64,000 nt of DNA from Eledone cirrhosa (Eukaryota). The notes under the pieces were generated by a model. It did no database searches and was not told the origin of the DNA. It saw nothing but the letters and a program-made list of their open reading frames with translations. The stretch lies in contig OZ024761.1 of NCBI GenBank assembly GCA_964016885.1, positions 17,484,001 through 17,548,000 on the forward strand, read 5' to 3'. Each line of letters begins with the position of its first letter. Within the stretch, counting starts at the first letter, position 1. Shown in pieces: positions 1-11,841 of this stretch. A program made the translations under genes and the position numbers.

Positions 1-1815
1 CCCAGTACACTCTGTAAAGTGGTAGTGTTGGTGCTACAATGAAATGCACCCAGTACACTCTGTAAAGTGGTAGTGTTGGTGCCATAATACAATGCATCCA
101 GTACACACTGTAATGTGGTAGGGTAGGGATTGTACCACAATGAAATATATCCAGTACACTCTGTAAAGTGGTAGTGTTGGTGCTACAATGAAATGCACCC
201 AGTACACTCTGTAAAGTGGTAGTGTTGGTGCCATAATACAATGCATCCAGTACACACTGTAATGTGGTAGGGTAGGGATGGTACCACAATGAAATATACC
301 CAGTACACTCTGTAAAGTGGTAGTGTTGGTGCTACAATGAAATGCACCCAGTACACTCTGTAAAGTGGTAGTGTTGGTGCCACAATACAATGCATCCAGT
401 ACACACTGTAATGTGGTAGGGTAGGGATGGTACCACAATGAAATATACCCAGTACACTCTGTAAAGTGGTAGTGTTGGTGCTACAATGAAATGCACCCAG
501 TACACTCTGTAAAGTGGTAGTGTTGGTGCCACAATACAATGCATCCAGTACACACTGTAATGTGGTAGGGTAGGGATGGTACCACAATGAAATATACCCA
601 GTACACTCTGTAAAGTGGTAGTGTTGGTGCCACAATACAATGCATCCAGTACACACTGTAATGTGGTAGGGTAGGGATGGTACCACAATGAAATATACCC
701 AGTACACTCTGTAAAGTGGTAGTGTTGGTGCTACAATGAAATGCACCCAGTACACTCTGTAAAGTGGTAGTGTTGGTGCCACAATACAATGCATCCAGTA
801 CACACTGTAATGTGGTAGGGTAGGGATGGTACCACAATGAAATATACCCAGTACACTCTGTAAAGTGGTAGTGTTGGTGCTACAATGAAATGCACCCAGT
901 ACACTCTGTAAAGTGGTAGTGTTGGTGCCATAATACAATGCATCCAGTACACACTGTAATGTGGTAGGGTAGGGATTGTACCACAATGAAATATATCCAG
1001 TACACTCTGTAAAGTGGTAGTGTTGGTGCTACAATGAAATGCACCCAGTACACTCTGTAAAGTGGTAGTGTTGGTGCCATAATACAATGCATCCAGTACA
1101 CACTGTAATGTGGTAGGGTAGGGATGGTACCACAATGAAATATACCCAGTACACTCTGTAAAGTGGAAGTGTTGGTGCTACAATGAAATGCACCCAGTAC
1201 ACTCTGTAAAGTGGTAGTGTTGGTGCCATAATACAATGCATCCAGTACACACTGTAATGTGGTAGGGTAGGGATGGTACCACAATGAAATATACCCAGTA
1301 CACTCTGTAAAGTGGAAGTGTTGGTGCTACAATGAAATGCACCCAGTACACTCTGTAAAGTGGTAGTGTTGGTGCCATAATACAATGCATCCAGTACACA
1401 CTGTAATGTGGTAGGGTAGGGATGGTACCACAATGAAATATACCCAGTACACTCTGTAAAGTGGTAGTGTTGGTGCTACAATGAAATGCACCCAGTACAC
1501 TCTGTAAAGTGGTAGTGTTGGTGCCATAATACAATGCATCCAGTACACACTGTAATGTGGTAGGGTAGGGATGGTACCACAATGAAATATACCCAGTACA
1601 CTCTGTAAAGTGGTAGTGTTGGTGCTACAATGAAATGCACCCAGTACACTCTGTAAAGTGGTAGTGTTGGTGCCATAATACAATGCATCCAGTACACACT
1701 GTAATGTGGTAGGGTAGGGATGGTACCACAATGAAATATACCCAGTACACTCTGTAAAGTGGTAGTGTTGGAGCTACAATGAAATGCACCCAGTTCACTT
1801 TGTAAAGTGGTAGTT
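1..1815. repeat. Higher-order tandem satellite, 149-bp unit (48+48+53-bp subunits), about 12 units, truncated by window start
   Basis: Subunits CCCAGTACACTCTGTAAAGTGGTAGTGTTGGTG... recur at 1, 49, 97, 150; repeated ORFs are offset by 149 bp; one unit lacks a 48-bp subunit (about 600-700). Confidence 0.95.
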
Positions 1816-2164
1816 TATATATCTAAAGTCTAAAGTCTGTCTCAAGCCAGAAGGCTTGTTAGGCTGGTGCTTATCCTAGTTTCATGTTATAAAGCTACTG
1901 AGAGTAGCAGACCCTACCCTGGACAGGACGCCAGTCCATCGCAGTGTTAAACCCCCAGCTACTGCTGGTAGCCATTTTCAGCTGAGTAAACTGGAATAAC
2001 GTGAAATGAAGTGTTTTGCTCAGAAACACAAAGCACAACCAAGCCCAGGAATCGAACCCACGACATTATAATCGTAAGTCAACACCCTTACCGCTAGACT
2101 GTGAGCCTCCACAGATAATATATTACAGATAATATATTACTATATAATGTATTATTATTATATC

Positions 2165-2530
2165 ATTATCATCATCATTTTACGTCCACTTTTCCCTGCT
2201 TGATTCTGGCTTGATTTCTACAGCTGGATGCCCTTCCTAACACCAACCTCATTTACAGTGAGTGCTGGGTGCTTTTTTTCCATGGCGCCTAGACGTCCAC
2301 TTTACAGTGTGAGCTAGGTGCTTTTTTGCCGTGGCACCTCCACGACCACTTTGCAGTGGAATGATAGCGAACCCAGTCATATCATCTCATTTCTACAGCT
2401 GAGTAAACTGGAGCAATGTGAAATAAAGTGTCTTGCTCAAGGAAAAAACACATCACCCAGTCTGAGAATTGAACACACAACCTTTCGATTGCAAGCCCAA
2501 TGCTCTAACCACTAAGCCATTCGCCTTCAC
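2165..2530 (-). mobile_element. tRNA-derived SINE with RTE-like 3' tail (GAT)n
   Basis: Minus strand starts GGCTTAGTGGTTAGAGC...GTTCAATTCTC (A/B-box-like) and ends GGAAGGGCATCCAGC...GGACGTAAAATGATGATG; closely similar copies at 33620-33950 (+) and 58340-58675 (-). Confidence 0.8.
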
Positions 2531-2667
2531 GATATATATAATAATAATACATTAATGGGTTAAAATGATGATGAAAAGAAATATATATATAATAATCATC
2601 ACCACCACCACTTTTATAAAGAGAGTTCCGGGTGGTGGTGAGGGTAGTAAAAGAGGAGAGACATTAC

Positions 2668-2892
2668 CATCTGAAGGTTCAACAATCTCTACTTCTGCCT
2701 CTGGTATTTGGAGGATCCCTTTCTGTGGTAACTTATTCTTATCAGGACCCATAGTTACGATGTTGGCAACAGCCGGTTGGCCAAGAACGGGCCACTTCGT
2801 TCTCTGCACGATTTCTGGTATCAAGTTGATCGCATTTCTCTGGCAGATTTCATCAAAGTCAATAAAGAAGTTTCCTGTGCAGATATAGGGCT
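2668..2892 (-). CDS. LRRC71: LRRC71-like protein, coding exon 2 (EPYICTGNFFIDFDEICQRNAINLIPEIVQRTKWP...VEPSD); gene continues beyond window start
   Basis: Acceptor TATATTTCAG|AG at 2893/2892, donor G|GTAATG at 2668/2667, phase 1 matching the previous exon. Peptide resembles the recalled human LRRC71 segment [31 protein letters not shown] (from memory, no search run). An alternative in-frame acceptor exists at 2874. Confidence 0.72.
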
Positions 2893-3350
2893 CTGAAATA
2901 TAGAGTGAAAGGGTTGGAATAGATAAGGGGAGAACATATGTAGGGCTCTGAAATATAGAGTGAAAGGGTTGGAATAGATAAGGGGAGAACATATGTAGGG
3001 CTCTGAAATATAGAGTGAAAGGGATGGAATAGATTCAGGTGTCAGATGAGGGAAGAACATAAAATGTTAGAACTGATGTAGGGCTCTGAAATATAGGGTG
3101 AAAGGGTTGGAATAGATTCAGGGGTGAGATCAGAGAAGAACATAAAATGTTCGAACTGATGTAGGGCTCTGAAATATAGGGTGAAAGGGTTGGAATAGAA
3201 TCAGGGGTGAGATCAGGGAAGAACATAAAATGTTAGAACTGATGTAGGGCTCTGAAATATAGGGTGAAAGGGTTGGAATAGATTCAGGGGTGAGATCAGG
3301 GAAGAACATAAAATGTTCGAACTGATGTAGGGCTCTGAAATATAGGGTGA
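2880..3350. repeat. Minisatellite (55-bp then 83-bp units) containing copies of the LRRC71 3' splice site
   Basis: GGGCTCTGAAATATAG recurs near 2889, 2944, 2999, 3082, 3165, 3248, 3331; decayed copies at 3670-3900. Confidence 0.9.
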
Positions 3351-3399
3351 AAGATCAGGTTTGAACAGATGGGGAAAGAGCATATAATGATACAAGAGC

Positions 3400-3670
3400 A
3401 TCAGAGATATAAACCTTTTGAAGTTAGAAAAAGGATCCATAGAAGTAGTTGATAGCTTCTGCTAGGTGACTTAATTAGCAATGGATGGGGGTGCTCTGAG
3501 AGCGTAATAGCTAGAATAAGGCTTAGATGGAAGAAGTTTAGAGAGCTACTCCCACTGTCAACAACAAAAGGTCTCTCTCTATGTACAAAAAGTCAACTGT
3601 CTATGAGTGAAGTGCAATGCTGTATGGTAGTGAAACATGGACTGTGACTGCAGAGGACATACATAGACTG
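3400..3670 (+). mobile_element. RTE LINE 3' fragment
   Basis: Decayed EVVDSFC.LGDL...IARIRLRWKKFRELLPLL...LYGSETW reading, homologous to the other RTE remnants in the window. Confidence 0.7.
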
Positions 3671-4190
3671 GAATATAGCGTGAAAGGGGTAGAATAGATT
3701 CAGGAGTGAGATCAGGGTGGGTGAAACAGATGAGGGGAGGACATAGAATGTTAGAACTGATGTAGGGATCTGAAATATAGGGTGCAAGGGTTGGAATAGA
3801 ATCTGGGGTGAGATCAGGGGAGAACATAAATTGTTAGAACATATGTAGGGCTCTAAAATATAGGGTGAAAGGGTTGGAATAGAATCTGGGGCGAGATCAG
3901 GTGGAGATTGAAAAGATCAGTAGGGAACAAATGTTCACACACAAACATATATACATATGCAGACATACATACACACACACACACACATATATATACACAT
4001 GCAAACACACAAACATGCATGTATACGCACACACACACATATATATATATATATATTCACACATCCAGACATACACAAACACACATATGTAAGTATATAT
4101 ATGTATATAATTATTAAGGCCAATTACTACAACAGCACCATACCAGGTACATACATTTCATTAGTCCTAAGGATCAACCTGTTCAGCTGA

Positions 4191-4272
<82 letters not shown>

Positions 4273-4302
4273 AGATCAAAAGATGGTTAAAGGAGTTCCA
4301 TG

Positions 4303-4373
4303 TATTTTATTATGCGCATTTCAAAAACAAACATCATCATGCAATAATATTTGTGTTTTCATCAGATAAAACA
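4303..4373 (-). ncRNA. Minimal type I hammerhead ribozyme (inverted copy)
   Basis: Reverse complement of 4765-4835. Confidence 0.75.
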
Positions 4374-4764
4374 GGAGAACATGATATGAAGGCTAAAAAA
4401 CACTTGTGGATAGTGCAGTTTTAAATCAACATATGAAAAGTAGTTTTAGATTGATGTGTGATATTTGGAAAAATATTTTATTTAGAGAGGGGGGTGGGTG
4501 GAAAGGATGAAAAAAGGGGGAGGAGGTGAAGGTGGAGAGGGAGAGATGGGTGATAGAGAGAAAGAGATAGTTTTTATAACTGAGAGAAGATATATTGTTT
4601 TACATAGAGAGGTTGAAAACCGTTGGAAGATAATGTATAAATTAAAAGAATTTGAAAATTAACGAAGGGAAAAATATCACACATCAATCTAAAACTACTT
4701 TTCATATGTTGATTTAAAACTGCACTATCCACAAGTGTTTTTTAGCCTTCATATCATGTCCTCC

Positions 4765-4835
4765 TGTTTTATCTGATGAAAACACAAATATTATTGCATG
4801 ATGATGTTTGTTTTTGAAATGCGCATAATAAAATA
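4765..4835 (+). ncRNA. Minimal type I hammerhead ribozyme
   Basis: Stem I TGTTTTAT/ATAAAATA; core CTGATGA 4773-4779; extended imperfect stem II; GAAA 4816-4819; palindromic stem III T-GCGC-A; cleavage triplet AUA. Confidence 0.8.
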
Positions 4836-4958
4836 CATGGAACTCCTTTAACCATCTTTTGATCTTATATATTATGTATACTCCAGTCCTACAAACTGTA
4901 GAGTGCTTCTTATCCGATATCTGCATCGCTTTATTGTACTACAATAAAACTCACCTCC

Positions 4959-5013
<55 letters not shown>

Positions 5014-5227
5014 ATGTATATATATGTTTATGTATGCAAAAGGCAAACAGAAATAACAAAGCATATGACATAGTACAATGAATAAATATATTATTAGTTT
5101 TACACTTGATATAGTAGGGAAAGAGTCTTAATGTTTCAGTCACTAGTCATTCATCAGAAAATAGAATGAGAAATGAAAGAATATATATATACACCCTGTA
5201 TACTCGTATATACACCGATAAATATGT

Positions 5228-5257
5228 GACAAAAAATAGGGGGCCATTTATATGCAG

Positions 5258-5291
<34 letters not shown>

Positions 5292-5536
5292 TATATATAT
5301 ATACAGACTACAAAGAGAGAGAAAGGAGGACAAAAAATAGGGGGCCAATTTATATGCAGTATATATATATATACACACACACACATATATACACAGACTA
5401 CAAAGAGAGAGAAAGGAGGACAAAAAATAGGGGGCCAATTTATATGCAGTATATATATATACACACACACACATATATATACAGACTACAAAGAGAGAGA
5501 AAGGAGGACAAAAAATAGGGGGCCAATTTATATGCA

Positions 5537-5577
<41 letters not shown>

Positions 5578-5700
5578 TATATATACAGACTACAAAGAGA
5601 GAGAAAGGAGGACAAAAAATAGGGGGCCAATTTATATGCAGTATATATATATATATATATACACACACACATATATATACAGACTACAAAGAGAGAGAAA
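5228..5700. repeat. Composite minisatellite (about 85-105 bp, 5 copies) with variable (TA)/(CA) tracts
   Basis: CAAAAAATAGGGGGCCAATTTATATGCAGT(AT)n(AC)n...AGACTACAAAGAGAGAGAAAGGAGGA repeated. Confidence 0.9.
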
Positions 5701-5759
5701 GGGAAGTAAAGTATGGAGAGGTAAGAGATGTTGATGAAGATGAAACAAAGCCTGTTTAC

Positions 5760-5889
5760 CTGCCCGTTTATCTGTTAATTCTTCAATTTCTAGAGGAAGG
5801 ACATTCTTCTCTTTATTTTTGTCAGATTTATTGTCTTTTACATCCTTTTTGCTCTTCTTGCTCGATTTTTTATCTTTTGCTTTATCCAT
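5760..5889 (-). CDS. LRRC71: LRRC71-like protein, first coding exon (MDKAKDKKSSKKSKK...ELTDKRA)
   Basis: Acceptor GTTCAG| at 5900/5899, ATG in strong Kozak context CCCACCATGG at 5889, donor G|GTAAAC at 5760/5759; Lys-rich N-terminus splices in frame to 2892-2668. Confidence 0.72.
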
Positions 5890-6933
5890 GGTGGGACCCC
5901 TGAACAAACAAACAAGCAGATTTAGAAGTGTGAATGGAAATTGTTGTGAAATATCAAGGCAGATCGAAAATGAAACTGTGTGTATGAATGGACCTATAAC
6001 TTCTGGTGGAGTTGCAGACACATTGTAGTAATGTTATATGACATACAACAGCGTCTGTGACATCTTTAAAGCTTGGCAGAGCCCATCTCCTCTCCAGGTA
6101 TGAACACAGCTGATTTCTTCCACAGAAGGACATATATATATATATATATAGACAGTCCAAACCCATGCAAGCGTGGAAGATGGACGTTAAACGATGATGA
6201 TGATGATGATGATGATAGACAGAAATATATATACCGTTCTGTATGTTAATGAGTTTAAACAGCTCGTAAACATAACTGGACGTCTATAAGAATCCAGCTT
6301 CTATAATTCTCGGCAGAAGCCAAGGGGTATGTAGTCTTGACAACCACTTACAAGTGAGAAACGGTACTGCCGTCGATTATCAATCCGAAAAGGATGAAAG
6401 GCAAAACTGACCATAACTCCTGGTGGAGTTGTAGGGGTACGTTAGTGACATACAGCTTTTCTTGAGCGTTTTAAAATTTGGTGGAGCACATCCCCTCCCC
6501 CGGTCTGAACACAGTCGATTTCTTCCAGAAAAGGATAGTGAGTGGATGAGAGAAGAGAGAAAGAGATATATAGTTAGAAACTACTCCAGTACTTAACTGG
6601 TACCTTTTTTTATTCACCTTGAAAGGATGAAAGGTAAAGTTGACTTTGTTGGGATTTAAACTCAGATAGCAGAGAGTCAGAACGAATACGACAAAGCATT
6701 CTATCCGACGGTCTTTCATCTCAGTTAATTTGCCGCTTCGAAGAGGAATCTATACTTGAATTTTTATTTAAAATCATATCATTTTAACACTCAAATCTTG
6801 AAATATATAGAAGGCCTGCACGAGTTGTTTCCCCTTGATAATTAATGGAAATAGTATACAGGATGTCCACCCAAAAATGTATACACACATCAACAGCATT
6901 TTAATAAATGTTTGTATATATTTTGGGGGTACA

Positions 6934-6965
<32 letters not shown>

Positions 6966-6979
6966 TGGGGGTACTAGAG

Positions 6980-7320
6980 AAGGCGCATGGCTTAGTGTTA
7001 GAGAATTGGGCTTGCAATTGAGAGGTTGTGAGTTCGATTCTCGGACCGGGTGATGCGTTGTGTCCTTGAGCAAGACACTTTATTCCACGTAGCTCCAGTT
7101 TACTCAGTTGTAGAAATGAGTTGCGACGCCACTGGTGCCAAGCTGTATCGGCCATTGCCTTTCCCTTGGACAACATCGGTGGCGCGGAGAGGGGAGGCTG
7201 GTATGCATGGGCGACTGCTGGTCTTCCACAAAACAAACCTTGCCCAGGCTTGTGCCTCAGAGGGAAACTTTCTAGGTGCAAAACCATGGTCATTCGTGAC
7301 CGAGTGTGGCCCTAGATACT
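6980..7320 (+). mobile_element. tRNA-derived SINE
   Basis: GGCGCATGGCTTAGTG...GAGTTCGATTC head followed by GTGTCCTTGAGCAAGACACTTTA core; related fragments at 1850-2110, 9710-9930, 21405-21485, 41425-41545. Confidence 0.8.
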
Positions 7321-7369
7321 CTGTGTGTGTGTATATATATATATATATATACAAACACGGGTAAAATAA

Positions 7370-7735
7370 TTGTTTCTACTTTTGGTACAAGGCCAGCAAT
7401 TACCCAGTACATTACTGGTACTTTATTTTATCGACCCCGTAAGGATGAAAGGCAAAGTTAACCTCGGCGGGATTTGAACTCAGATCGTAAAGGGACGTAA
7501 CTATGCTGGAAACATGGCGTCCGACCCTCTACCGATACTGCCACAAAAATAATGTTTTGTAATTTATATCCGATTAATTTGTTGGGAGAGGGGTCAATAG
7601 AAAAATAATTGTTTCTACTTTTGGCACAAGGCCAGCAATTACCCAGTACATTTCTGGTACTTTATTTTATCGACCCCGTAAAGATGAAAGGCAAAGTTAA
7701 ACTCGGCGGGATTTGAACTCAGTCCGTAAAGAGAC
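7370..7735 (-). mobile_element. Second tRNA-derived SINE family, two tandem copies
   Basis: Minus strand GAGTTCAAATCCCGCCGAGG...CTTTGCCTTTCATCC...GGGGTCGATAAAATAAAGTACCAG; same family at 6350-6730, 9930-10110, 23125-23770, 45850-46490, 48190-49800, 57540-57720. Confidence 0.8.
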
Positions 7736-10322
7736 GAGAGGGGAAAGAGGTAAACGTGAGTGAGAAAGAGGGGGAGTGGAGGCAAACGAGAAACAGAGAG
7801 GGAGAGAAAGTGGCGTACGGCGCGCGGAGAGAGAGGAAAGAAAGAGAGAGGGGGAGAGTAAGAGGAAGAGCAAGCATCATGTAACTACGAAAGCATATGA
7901 CGTTAAACTCGTGTCAATGTATTTGAGAAGTTTATCCAACTGAATGAACGACACCACATCGGTAAACATTTTATTCCATTTTCTGTTCTTTTTTTTTAAT
8001 AAATAAATAATTTATTTTTCAATTAATAATATTTTATATAAACCCTAATGGACGCCATGAACGCGGTACTTGTTCTCTTCATCGTAAATACTAAAAGAAA
8101 ATCTGTATATTTTTATAAATGAGATGGTATAAACTTCATAATTGATGGAAAATTGGCAAATATACATGTTAATACATTCGTGTCCGAATCATCGGATGGG
8201 GAAACTACAAAAATAACCAGTTATTTGCGATTGTTTTGAAGACTATATATTCTAGTCTTGGGCAACCATTTCCAAGCTGTGGACCAAACCTATCAACGAA
8301 GAACCCTTCAGTGTTGACTATTATCTCCGTCTGAGACGAGTGTAATAAGTGAACATTTACGGGAAACTTTCGTATTCAATTATAATTATATATATATACA
8401 CACAGGCGAAACTCCAGAGTAATAAGACTCCCTATTTAGCCTTAATAATACGTGTGTGTGTGTGTAGTAGTAGAGTTAAAAGTTCAGACACTTAACATGT
8501 ACGCGCAACCTTAGGTTTCGGGGTCCAGTTATGACCAACCGTTCTAATACTGTCCTAGCGCTTGATGAGCGGCTGGTTTCACTATAACACTGGTGGCCGT
8601 AACTGAAACCCGAATCCTAAGTTAAGTGAATGAAACTTTAATTATACGAAATAAGCTCTCTTGCATTATTTTCCTTGTCATTTTATCTACGGATATCCTA
8701 CATGAACACAGCCACACTCATACATACATATTTGGCGGGAGTGGAACATTGGAACGTTTCCGGTAGTACCCCGTGGTTCGAAAGAAACGGGTGCTTTTCA
8801 GGAAACGTCACCCTACAAATAAATCAACTGTTTGTGCCGTTTCTTGTTTGGGGATAACACTAGACATTCTGGATGAACGGAAATGAAATCACAAGTGATA
8901 AATATTCTGATATTTGTTTATTTTTGTGTAGAGAGTTATGTATGATCGAAAGCTGTTTGGCTGCTATTTCTACACTTTCTTATATGGATATATTGTCCAG
9001 TAATGTATTTATATATACACACATTACTGGACAAAGTATGTGTGTATATTGGGGTTTTCCAATATAGATCCTGGTAAATATATATAAGCTGCAGTAGAGG
9101 CATATTAATGAAGATCTGGGCAGAGGTAGTGAGAGCTGATCTCATATCACTGAAACTCACAGAAGAGGTGACGTAGAGAGATGCTGTGCTGAGAAGGACC
9201 CATCCAACCCATGCAAGTGTGGAGAAATGGACGTACAAACGATGATGATGATGATCATCATATATATATATTTATTAAAATAACAGATTAAAGTTTAAGC
9301 AAAGAATCTGTTATTTTAATAAATATTTGCTCTACGGTTCTTATATATTTGATATATATTTATCCTTATCGAGCCCTCTTTGGATTTTAGTCTTCAAATT
9401 TATTATTATTACTATATATATATATATTCAGACACGCATAACTTTCTTAATGAAATGTTGCAGAGATATATTTCCCTAGATATAGATTATGTTGATAAAA
9501 TATAAATATTAATCTAAAAAACAACATATTTATTATTGTATATAGTTCCGTAGGCTGCTTTCATTTATGGAATTATATATACACTCCTAATTTATTAAAT
9601 ATATATATATATATATATATATAGTAATAATAATAAATTTGAAGACTAAAATCCAAAGAGGGCTCGATAAGGATAAATATATATATATATATTATTATTA
9701 TTATTCACAGTCGTGAGGCTGTGAGTTCCATTCTCGGACCGGGTTGTTCCAGTTCATTCAGCTGTAGAAATAAATTGCAATGTCTCTGGTGCCAAGCTGT
9801 ATTGGTCATTGCTTTTCTCATTGACAAGATTAATATGCATGGGCGACTGCTGGTCTTCCCACAAACAAACCTTGCCCAGACCTGTCCCTATAAGGGGAAC
9901 TTAATGTGCAGATCCCATCGTCATTCATAATTATTTCTACTTTAGGCACAAGGCCAGCAAATTACCCAGTGCATTACTGGTACTTTATTTTATCGACCCC
10001 GTAAGGATGAAAGGCAAAGTCAACCTCGGCGGGATTTGAACTCAGATCGTAAAGGGACGTAACTATGCTGGAAAGTATGGCGTCCGACTCTCTACTGATA
10101 CTGCCAATTCATAATGGAAGGGGAATTTATATATACATATATATATATATATATATAATGTGTGTGTGTGTATGAAAATTGAATTAGACTTCGCCGTCAC
10201 TTTGACGAAATAATAACCTGACGATAAAGTCACTGAACAGGAAAAAGATAGGAATCGGCACATACTATATATATATATATATGTATATATAGTAAAAGAC
10301 AACAAAGACCACAACAACTCAC

Positions 10323-10400
10323 CGCGGCGGTGTTTCCAAAGCTATCTGTTTGTCTTGATTGACAGAACAACAAACACAGCGTTATGTCGTTACTTCGTGA
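10323..10400 (-). other. LRRC71: Probable non-coding first exon of LRRC71-like gene (5' boundary approximate)
   Basis: Consensus donor CCGCG|GTGAGT at 10323/10322 immediately downstream of an X-box in a CpG-containing unique island. Confidence 0.5.
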
Positions 10401-10407
10401 GCCGGCG

Positions 10408-10422
10408 GTAACCCTTGGCAAC
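10408..10422. promoter_or_regulatory. RFX X-box
   Basis: GTAACC-CTT-GGCAAC fits GTNRCC(N0-3)RGYAAC; position and the ciliary role of LRRC71 are consistent. Confidence 0.65.
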
Positions 10423-10881
10423 TGTAGTAAAGGTTATCGCTAGTTATCTCCCTTACATTGCGAGGCGATTACTTGAATGATGGTTACTTAACACAGAGGT
10501 CCCCAACTTCCGGGTCGCAAAGAAATAATGAACTTGTTTAAAATTATATAATAGATAAATTGAATATTGCACTTCAAGAGTACAAAAGGAGAAAGCCTTA
10601 CCCAAGAGGATAGAAAAAAAAATTAATTGAAATAACTATTCTAAATAGCGGGGTTCTCTTTTGCGAGCGACCAAATCTACATCTGATGGCAGTGAGTAGG
10701 GAGGTGGTTCAGGTACAGAGGACACCAGAAGTCTCAACCTGTTATAGGTTCATCATCAAACATGGGAAAGTGGTGATACTCAAACAGCTTGTGACCGCTA
10801 CCTTGTCGGGTAGCAAAACCTGGGTCTGTTACCGAATTCACCAGCTTCCCATTGTTGTCATCACAGTAATGGAATAATATA

Positions 10882-11206
10882 CAGTGTACCCCTGGCATTC
10901 GCGGTCCCGGTTATTCACGGATTTTCCTTAGAACCTAACTAATAATTGTTCATGGAAACCACCGCATTTTCATGGAATCATAAATGTCTTCCACAATTTT
11001 TTTTATGGCTTTTTCCGTGGCAATACATTTTTTCATGCTTTTAATGCTAAATTATTATTAACAATATACTGTATTAACCAGCCTATATTTTACGTTATGT
11101 TTTGACGTTTATAGGCATTTTTACGGACCACGTTCAATACTCGTGGTTTGTCACTCATTGTAGGAGTTCTTGGATTGTAACCCCCACGAATACCAAGGGA
11201 CAACTG
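10882..11206. mobile_element. pogo/Tigger-type MITE
   Basis: TA-flanked imperfect TIRs CAGTGTACCCCTGGCATTCGCGG / CCACGAATACCAAGGGACAACTG; no ORF. Confidence 0.7.
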
Positions 11207-11841
11207 TATATATATTCCAGTTCATTTTCATTGGCACAGGTTGAACAAGTTGGTCCTCTGGGCTAACCAACGTATGTACCTGGTATGGTGCCATTGTAGT
11301 AACTAGCCTTAACAATTATATTCAAACTCGCCCTACGGAGTTTAGTTGCTCTATACCTTTGATATTTTTACCTATCTATTATTACTTGATATATATGTAC
11401 GTGTGTAATGGGGGCCAATAATATTGTTAGCACTCTATGCAGTCAGTCTTGAAGAGATGATTTCAAAGAGATCATGTGTTGAGAGCTACAGTTTTTGTAG
11501 TAGGCCTTCATCATATAAGGTTATAGTGAAGATTCTAATTGAGTTACAGAGTCATGTGTATATATAAGTGTGTGAGTGTATTCAACAATGAAAATGAAAC
11601 AAGTAGAATATAGGTTCTTAATTAATTTATTGTTTTATGATCGTTTCAGACTGTTGATTCTGGGGAAGACGATGAGATGGATCTAGGATATCGACACTAG
11701 AAATAGGTGGTGACATAACCACTACCTATTAGTTGATATATTAATCAACCCACTGAAAGGATCGTAAAATAACGAACTAATTAAGAACCTCTCTTTGACT
11801 TTAGTTTTATTTTCATTGTTCAATACACACATATAGATATA

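Larger units (their letters stand above)
4263..4965. mobile_element. Penelope-like element remnant: about 205-bp inverted repeat plus 3' tail, inserted in (TA)n
   Basis: 4263-4467 is the near-perfect reverse complement of 4672-4875; each arm carries a hammerhead motif; TACTCC..GAGTGC tail follows, then (TA)n. Confidence 0.65.

Noticed and set aside
1-1815. CRISPR-like array or repetitive protein gene
   Set aside because: Units are contiguous with no unique spacers; context is eukaryotic; ORFs are by-products of the repeat.
6980-7050. tRNA genes
   Set aside because: A/B-box-like heads lack a full cloverleaf and continue into SINE bodies present in many copies.
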